From assembly GCA_042216675.1 (NCBI GenBank), contig JBDGTS010000041.1:1-32154 (forward strand): a stretch of DNA of 32,154 nucleotides, written 5' to 3'. Position 1 is the first letter of the stretch. The number at the start of each line of letters is the position of its first letter. The notes beneath the pieces are model-generated. The model saw only the letters and a list, made by a program, of their open reading frames with translations. It was not told the DNA's origin and did not search any database. Source of the stretch: Halobacteriaceae archaeon. GTDB taxonomy: Archaea; Halobacteriota; Halobacteria; Halobacteriales; Halobacteriaceae. The position numbers and the translations under genes were made by a program. Below are positions 26,225-32,154 of the stretch, one piece after another.

Positions 26225-28300
26225 TCACTCTTCAGTTTCGGCCACGGCCACGCCCTCGAACTCGAATCTGACGCCGCCCGCGTCGCTCTCGGCGAGGGTG
26301 ACCGACCAGCCGTGGGACTCCGCGACGCGCTTCACGATGCGGAGGCCAAAGCCCGTGCCGGCGTCGGCGGTGGTGAAGCCGGCCTCGAACACGGCGTCCC
26401 GGTCCTCGGCGGGGACGCCCGGGCCGTCGTCGGCGACGTAGAAGCCGCCGTCGAGGGCGCCGACGGTGACGGTCACGTCCGGGCCGGCGTGTTCGACCGC
26501 GTTGCGAAACAGGTTGGTCAGCAGGCGCCGCGTCGCCGCCTCGTCGGCGTGAATCACGCGGTCCGTGTCGACGACGAGCGTCGCCGCCGAGTCGTCGACG
26601 GTGGTCCACGCTTCCCGCGCGGCCACGTCGAGGGCGAGCGGCGTCGTCTCGACGGACTCCTCGCCCTCGCGGGCGAGGGTGAGCAAGTCCTCGATGAGCG
26701 CCCGCATCTGCTCGTGGGCCTCCTGCACGGCGGCGAGGTCCTCGTCGTCGCGGTCCTCGCGGGCCAGCGCCAGTCGCCCCTCGGCGACGTTCAGCGGGTT
26801 CCGCAAGTCGTGGGAGACGATGCTCGCGAACTCCTCCAGTCGTTCGTTCTGTTCCGCCAGCGCCTCCGTCGTGCGCTGGCGCGCGAGTTCGGCACTCACC
26901 CACTGGCTCATCAGGTCGACGAGCGTGATTTCCCACTCCGAGAAGCCGCCCTCTCGGACCTCGTCGTCGTAGAAGCAGAAGGTGCCGTAGACACCGTCGT
27001 CGAGTACGACCGGCGCGCCGAGGTAGCAGGCGACCCCCAAGTCCCGATTGCCGGCCCGCGACGCGAGCGAGGGGGCCTCCTCCTCGATGTTGGCGAGGAC
27101 GAGTGTCTCCTCGGTCGCGGCGGTCCGTTCGCAGTTCGTCTCCGAGAGAGGCACCGTGTCCCCGGCGGAGAGGCTGTCGTCGGGCGCTCGGACCACCTCG
27201 AAGACGTACTCGTCGCCCTCGATGCGCGAGAGCGTGCCGTAGTCGGTGCCGAGCGTCTCACAACCGAGCGCCAGCAGTTCGTCGACTTGCTCCTCGAAGG
27301 ACCGGGTGCGGTCCGCGCTCACGTCGTACATCCGGCGCAGGACGCGTTCGCGCTCCTTGTCCTCGGAGATGTCGTCGAAGTAAATGGAGAGACCGCCGTC
27401 CGCCGCGGGGTAGACGTGCACCCGGAACCACGCGTCGAGGCCCTCGTAGTACTCCTCGATGGTCTCGGCTTCGCGCGTCTCCATCACGCGCTGGTACGTC
27501 TCGTGGAACTGCGTTCCGACGGCGTCGGGGAACACGTCCCAGATGACGCGCCCGAGGAGGTCCGTGCCGTCCGTGCCGTAGATGTCCTCCGCCGTCTCGT
27601 CGACCGTCGTGAACCGCCAGTCCGCGTCGAGTTCGATGACGGCCTCGGACATGCGGTCGATGACGGTCCGCGAGGAGCGGTCGTCGGTCGCCCGGTCTGC
27701 CGTCGCCTCGTCGTCCCCGACCACGGCGACGACGGCATCGGTCCCGTTCCACTCGATGCGCCGCGCGGTGACCGTCGCGGACTCGGTTCGCCCGTCGAGC
27801 GTTCGGAGCGTTCCGTGAGTTACGTCGAGGCCGGGGCCCGCCCCGAGTGCGTCGGCGTCGAGAATCGTCGCCACGGCGCGACCCGTCACGTCGTCGGCCG
27901 CGTCGGCGCCGAGGAGCGTCACCGCCGCCCAGTTCGCGAAGACGACTGTCCCGTCGACGCTCACGAGAATCGGGTCCGGCGCCACGTCGAGCGTCGCGCG
28001 CACCCGGTCGTCGGCGTCGGTGTGGCCCCGTTCGACGGCCGCCCAAATGCGCCGAGCGATGCCGTCGCTCCGGTCGGCGACGTCGAGTCGGAGGTAGTCC
28101 GTCGCGTTCGCGGCCGCCGCGGCCTCGGCGAGGGCTTCGGTGCCGTCCGTCGCACAGAGGACGACGGGACGGGCCGCGTCTCCCGCGCGCAAGGTTTCGA
28201 GCAGGCTGATACCGTCAGCGTCGGGCAGGTCGTAGCGAGTGACCACGCAGTCGAAGCGCTCGGCGTCGTCGCGTTCGACGGCCGTCGTCGCGTCCGGCAC
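26225..28300 (-). CDS. PAS/PAS/GAF sensor histidine kinase (intact frame from GTG 28300; the original 5' end appears frameshifted)
   Basis: H-box SHDLRNPL, N-box NLFRNAVEH, G1 DDGPG, G2 GTGFGL; PAS (LDADWRFT, WDVFP) and GAF (YLGAPVV..YGTFCF); partial REC at the N-terminus. Confidence 0.85.
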   Translation of the reverse strand: MPDATTAVERDDAERFDCVVTRYDLPDADGISLLETLRAGDAARPVVLCATDGTEALAEAAAAANATDYLRLDVADRSDGIARRIWAAVERGHTDADDRVRATLDVAPDPILVSVDGTVVFANWAAVTLLGADAADDVTGRAVATILDADALGAGPGLDVTHGTLRTLDGRTESATVTARRIEWNGTDAVVAVVGDDEATADRATDDRSSRTVIDRMSEAVIELDADWRFTTVDETAEDIYGTDGTDLLGRVIWDVFPDAVGTQFHETYQRVMETREAETIEEYYEGLDAWFRVHVYPAADGGLSIYFDDISEDKERERVLRRMYDVSADRTRSFEEQVDELLALGCETLGTDYGTLSRIEGDEYVFEVVRAPDDSLSAGDTVPLSETNCERTAATEETLVLANIEEEAPSLASRAGNRDLGVACYLGAPVVLDDGVYGTFCFYDDEVREGGFSEWEITLVDLMSQWVSAELARQRTTEALAEQNERLEEFASIVSHDLRNPLNVAEGRLALAREDRDDEDLAAVQEAHEQMRALIEDLLTLAREGEESVETTPLALDVAAREAWTTVDDSAATLVVDTDRVIHADEAATRRLLTNLFRNAVEHAGPDVTVTVGALDGGFYVADDGPGVPAEDRDAVFEAGFTTADAGTGFGLRIVKRVAESHGWSVTLAESDAGGVRFEFEGVAVAETEE

Positions 28301-28407
28301 GCGGCCGTCACGCCGACCGATCCGAGACGGTCCAGCGCCGCGCTGACGCCGTCGACCCACGTTTCGTCGTGGCCGACAGCGAGTACCGACGCCGAACCCT
28401 CGTTCAT
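28301..28407 (-). pseudogene. Out-of-frame N-terminal segment of the kinase receiver-like domain
   Basis: ATG 28407 MNEGSASVLAVGHDETWVDGVSAALDRLGSVGVTA fits REC beta1-alpha1-beta2; TAAATA at 28436-28431; one base out of frame with the downstream ORF. Confidence 0.6.
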
Positions 28408-28448
28408 GGTATCCTTTGCGTCCGGGCCCGTATTTACGTGTCGACCGG

Positions 28449-29642
28449 TCACGCCGACGGCTCGTACGCCGGCAGGTCCTCGAAGGCGGGCACGTCGACG
28501 AGGTAGAGGTTGCTCGACCCGTCGTAGCGCGAGGAGTCGAACAGCACCTGCTCCCCGTCGGGGCTGAACCGCGAGTGCGGATGGGGGCTCCCGTCGCGCC
28601 AGTCGACGGTGGCGAGTTTCCGGGGGCCGTCGTAGGAGTCGCTCTCCTCGTTCCACTGGTAGACGATGCTGAACGGCACGTCCGTGAACGACCCGTCACA
28701 GACGTGCATCGCCGGCGAGTTGGCGTGCGTGTGGGTCAGCGCGTACACCGACTGCGGGAGGTCCATCTCCCGGTGGTCGGTGTCGTCGTAGCGGGCGCTC
28801 CCCATGAACGGCTCCGGTTCGGCCACGCGTTCGCGGCCCTGCGGGTCGTCGAGCGACCCGTGGTAGCCGACGCGTTCGCCGTCCTGCATCCAGTACTCGT
28901 GGCCGACGCCGCCGTCTTCGGGCACCTCCCGCACCTGCCACGTCTCGCCCGTCTCGGCGTTCACGGTCCAGATGCGGTTCTCGACGACGGCCCACGGCCC
29001 CTCCTCGGCGTACATGAACAGTTCGGGGCGCGTCGGCGAGGCGTTGACGTGACTGCTCGCCCAGCGGTTCGTCTCCTCCAGCACGTCGGCCTCGCCGCCG
29101 TCGGTGGGGACGCGCAGAATCTGTGTGTGGGGCTTCGCTTCCACCATCGCGTCGAACCAGTCGTCGTCGCGTGGCACGTCCACGTCCTCGCCGACGGCGA
29201 GGTAGAGGGCGCTTCCGTCGGCGTTCACGTCGATGTCGCCGAGGTTGTAGCCCTCGGGCGCCTCGTACACCGCGTCCACGACTTCGAGGCGGTCCAGGTC
29301 GAAGCGCACCACGCTATCGTCGACGCGGAAGTACGCGTCGCCGGCGTCGTGGTCGACGCTCGTCCCGCCCGCGAAGCCCTCGACGTCGGTCAGTTGGGTG
29401 ATGAGCCCCGATTCGAGGTCGATGGAGAACAGTTGCCGGTCGCCCGCCCGGTCCGAGCGAAAGAGCAGGCGCCGGCCGTCGTCGTACCAGCCGTTCTCGG
29501 TGAAGTAGAGGTGATGGTCGTCGACGTCGGGGTAACTGGTGAGGCGGCGCACCGTCGCGCCCGTCGCCGGGTCGGTGTACGTCTCGTCCTCGGGCGGGTA
29601 GTTGCGCCCGGCGCGTGGCCCCTGTGTCGGGAGTTCGGCCAT
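28449..29642 (-). CDS. Oligogalacturonate lyase-family (TolB-like beta-propeller) protein
   Basis: YTDPATGATVRRLT, HHLYFTENGW, LLFRSDR, GHEYW, HPHSRFSPDG.QVLFDS; TATA-like gtatat about 25-30 nt upstream. Confidence 0.82.
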   Translation of the reverse strand: MAELPTQGPRAGRNYPPEDETYTDPATGATVRRLTSYPDVDDHHLYFTENGWYDDGRRLLFRSDRAGDRQLFSIDLESGLITQLTDVEGFAGGTSVDHDAGDAYFRVDDSVVRFDLDRLEVVDAVYEAPEGYNLGDIDVNADGSALYLAVGEDVDVPRDDDWFDAMVEAKPHTQILRVPTDGGEADVLEETNRWASSHVNASPTRPELFMYAEEGPWAVVENRIWTVNAETGETWQVREVPEDGGVGHEYWMQDGERVGYHGSLDDPQGRERVAEPEPFMGSARYDDTDHREMDLPQSVYALTHTHANSPAMHVCDGSFTDVPFSIVYQWNEESDSYDGPRKLATVDWRDGSPHPHSRFSPDGEQVLFDSSRYDGSSNLYLVDVPAFEDLPAYEPSA

Positions 29643-29690
29643 GGGAGCCAGTGCCGCGGCCCACCCATATACCTGCGCGAGGGGGCAACA

Positions 29691-30356
29691 TCACCCGCCT
29701 AGCGCGTCCTCGCTCTCGACTTGCCGGTAGGCGTAGTAGGAGTAGCCGGTGGCGACGACGGCGATTGCGGCGGCGGGGACGGCGAGGAAGTAGACGACGA
29801 ACTCCCCGACGGCGGCGCCGAGGAGGGCGACGACGGCAGCGACCCTGAACAGGCGGGCCGCCAGCGCGTGGGTCCGGTCCCACACCTCGTCGTTCGAGAG
29901 GGTCCACGGCGTCCGGACGCCGACGAACCAGTTGCGCTTCGCCCGGTCGATGACGCGGCCGACGAAGTAGTAGAGCGCCGCGACGCCCACCGCCACGAGG
30001 CGCAGGAAGTCGAACTCGTAGCCGAGGTTATAGGCGAGGACGCCGAGGTGAAGCGCGGTCAGGAACGCCGTCAGGGCGACGGCGAACCAGTCGTACGTGG
30101 AGCGAAAGTCTGCGATGTTCTCCCCGAGCGGGTCGATGCGCGGGACGACGGCCAGCATCGCGAGCAGTCCCGTCGCCAGCGCCGGCATGCCGACGAGCGC
30201 CACCCACTTCGCGGCGTAGTCGTCGGGTTCCCCCGCCGCGTTCCAGTGCGTGGCGACCCGTTCGGGGAGGTCCGGGGCCGCGAGAGCGCTCGCCACCGCT
30301 CCGACGAGGACCAGAGCGACTGCGAGGCCGAAGCGGTGCCGCGTCTCCAACTCCAT
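29691..30356 (-). CDS. SdpI/DUF1648 family membrane protein
   Basis: LPERVATHWNAAGEPD, PRIDP, RNWFVGVRTPWTLSNDEVWDRTH. Confidence 0.9.
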   Translation of the reverse strand: MELETRHRFGLAVALVLVGAVASALAAPDLPERVATHWNAAGEPDDYAAKWVALVGMPALATGLLAMLAVVPRIDPLGENIADFRSTYDWFAVALTAFLTALHLGVLAYNLGYEFDFLRLVAVGVAALYYFVGRVIDRAKRNWFVGVRTPWTLSNDEVWDRTHALAARLFRVAAVVALLGAAVGEFVVYFLAVPAAAIAVVATGYSYYAYRQVESEDALGG

Positions 30357-30388
30357 GGCCGTGACTCCGTGCGCAACTGTCAAGAACG

Positions 30389-30571
30389 TTACCCTCGCTC
30401 CCAGTCGCCGTCCTCGACCCACGCCACGAGGTCCCGGGTTCGGAGCGTGTGCGCGCCGCGCTCTGGATGCCCGAGTTCGACCTCGACGGGCCCCACCTCC
30501 CGAATGCGCCAGCGCTCGCCGTCCGGGTCCACGACGACGCGCCCGGCGGAGAGCCAGTCCGGAGTGGTCAC
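30389..30571 (-). CDS. Small hypothetical protein (60 aa)
   Basis: GTG 30571 VTTPDWLSAGRVVVDPDGERWRIREVGPVEVEL...WVEDGDWERG; acidic, protein-like, fills the gap between SdpI and DUF4396. Confidence 0.55.
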   Translation of the reverse strand: MTTPDWLSAGRVVVDPDGERWRIREVGPVEVELGHPERGAHTLRTRDLVAWVEDGDWERG

Positions 30572-30650
30572 AGTCGGCGGATGGCACGCCGGGCGCTTGA
30601 GTCTGGCCCCTGCCCCAAACCACGTCAGGCTGGCGTCCCTACGTCCCGCC

Positions 30651-31310
30651 GTGTCCCTCGACGCGACCCTCTCACAGGCGCTCACGAACGGCACCCTCCT
30701 CGCGACGTGGGGCGTTCTGGTCGCCGCGTCGCTCGCGGTGCTGGCGTGGCGCCTCCGCCGGCGCGACGCCGCCATCGCACCGCTGATGAAGTTCGTCTGG
30801 GCGCTGACGGTCCTCTACTCGGGGCCGCTCGGCCTCGCCGTCTTCTGGTACGCCGGCCGCACCGACATCGCGCGGGACTCGCTGTGGCGCCGCGCGTTCC
30901 GCTCCGTCGCGCACTGCTACTCGGGATGTGGCGCCGGCGAGGTGTTCGGCATCACAATCGCCGCCGGGATTCTGGCGCTCGGCCAGCACTGGGTCGTCGC
31001 CGTCACGTTCGCCTGTGCCTACCTCGCCGGATTTTCGCTCACCGTCGGCCCGCTGATGCAGGAGGGCGTGGCCGTCGGCACGGCCGTCCGCGACGCGTTC
31101 GTCAGCGAGACGCCCAGCATCACGGTGATGGAGGTGGCCGCCATCGGCACGGACATCTGGCTGGCGGGGGAGGCCCGCATCGGGGACGTGCTGTTCTGGA
31201 CGGCGCTCGTGTTCTCGCTGACGGTGGGCCTGCTGGTGGCCTATCCCGTCAACGCGTATCTCGTCCACCGCGGCGTGAAAAAGGGGATGCAGAATCCGCG
31301 CGAAGCGTGA
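30651..31310 (+). CDS. DUF4396 family membrane protein
   Basis: WALTVLYSGPLG, SVAHCYSGCGAGE, SITVME, AYPVN.YLV..G.K..M; GTG start. Confidence 0.85.
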   Translation: MSLDATLSQALTNGTLLATWGVLVAASLAVLAWRLRRRDAAIAPLMKFVWALTVLYSGPLGLAVFWYAGRTDIARDSLWRRAFRSVAHCYSGCGAGEVFGITIAAGILALGQHWVVAVTFACAYLAGFSLTVGPLMQEGVAVGTAVRDAFVSETPSITVMEVAAIGTDIWLAGEARIGDVLFWTALVFSLTVGLLVAYPVNAYLVHRGVKKGMQNPREA

Positions 31311-31314
31311 CCGC

Positions 31315-32154
31315 TTACAGCAGGTCTTCGATGTAGTCGGCGACCTGACCGGGGGTGTCGCCGACCGGGACGCCCGCGTCGTTGAGCGCCTGAATCTTGG
31401 ACTCGGCGGTGCCGGTGCCGGACCCGGAGACGATAGCGCCCGCGTGGCCCATCCGCTTGCCCGGGGGCGCCGTGCGGCCGGCGATGAAGCCGGCGACGGG
31501 GGTGTCCATGTGCTCGGCGATGTAGGCGGCGGCCTCCTCCTCGTCCTCGCCGCCGATTTCGCCACACATCACGATGGCCTCGGTGTCGTCGTCCTCCTCG
31601 AACAGTTCGAGGGCGTCGACGAAATCCGTCCCGATGATGGGGTCGCCCCCGATGCCGATGGCCGTCGTCTGGCCGATGTCGCGGGCCGTGAGCGAGTCCA
31701 CGACCTGATAGGTCAGCGTGCCCGACCGGGAGACGAGACCGACCTCGCCCGACTCGAAGATGTTGCCCGGCAGGATGCCGAGTTTCGACTCGCCGGGGGT
31801 GATGATGCCCGGGCAGTTCGGGCCGATGAGGCGGGTGTCCGTCTCCTGCAGGCCGCGGTTGACCCGCGCCATGTCCTGCGTCGGGATGCCCTCGGTGATG
31901 GCGACCACGAGGTCGAGGTCCGTGTCGAGGGCCTCGAAGATGGCGTCGCCGGCGAACGCGGGCGGGACGAAGACGACGGACGCGTCGGCGTCCTCGGCGT
32001 CGACGGCGCCCTCGACGGTGTCGTAGACGGGGACGCCGGCGACGTCGGTGCCGCCCTTGCCGGGGACGGCGCCCGCGACGACGTTCGTCCCGTATTCGAT
32101 CATCTGTTCGGTGTGGAACTTGCCTTCCCCGCCCGTGATGCCCTGCACCACGAC
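31315..32154 (-). CDS. sucD: Succinyl-CoA synthetase alpha subunit (5' end outside the window)
   Basis: [44 protein letters not shown] (phospho-His). Confidence 0.97.
   Translation of the reverse strand, partial: VVVQGITGGEGKFHTEQMIEYGTNVVAGAVPGKGGTDVAGVPVYDTVEGAVDAEDADASVVFVPPAFAGDAIFEALDTDLDLVVAITEGIPTQDMARVNRGLQETDTRLIGPNCPGIITPGESKLGILPGNIFESGEVGLVSRSGTLTYQVVDSLTARDIGQTTAIGIGGDPIIGTDFVDALELFEEDDDTEAIVMCGEIGGEDEEEAAAYIAEHMDTPVAGFIAGRTAPPGKRMGHAGAIVSGSGTGTAESKIQALNDAGVPVGDTPGQVADYIEDLL

Noticed and set aside
28408-28699. N-terminal extension of the 824-aa ORF 26225..28699
   Set aside because: It overlaps the Ogl-like gene in another frame and is low-complexity R/S/T-rich; the frameshift model explains the kinase N-terminus better.

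Overview
A GC-rich chromosomal window from a halophilic archaeon (class Halobacteria), judged from the very acidic proteins, archaeal MptA, NurA/HerA, a PGF-CTERM protein and TATA-like boxes about 25-30 nt upstream of start codons. It is mostly core genome: an LLM oxidoreductase, a Zn-ribbon/wHTH protein, hmgA, an amidohydrolase, nadA-nadB (no nadC), gpmI, nurA, herA, a universal stress protein, a KaiC-domain ATPase, NAD kinase, mptA, a DUF255 protein, fxsA, tRNA-Ile(GAU) and a partial sucD. Accessory-looking pieces are interspersed: a GbsR/MarR regulator with an ABC exporter, a second ABC exporter between nurA and herA, an AEC transporter, a PAS/GAF histidine kinase, an oligogalacturonate-lyase-like protein, SdpI and DUF4396. 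I found no transposase, integrase, CRISPR array or defence operon, and I cannot claim a clearly new multi-gene system. The most unusual signals are non-coding or cryptic: (1) a ~59-bp double-hairpin tandem repeat at the left edge whose third unit keeps the structure but not the sequence; (2) a 93-bp hairpin element flanked by a 22-bp duplication of the tRNA-Ile 3' end; (3) a frameshift splitting a degenerate receiver domain from the kinase; (4) a start-less regulator remnant after the KaiC gene; (5) a 17-codon PPP-containing uORF and hairpin at the KaiC start. Family names come from motif recognition, not database searches.
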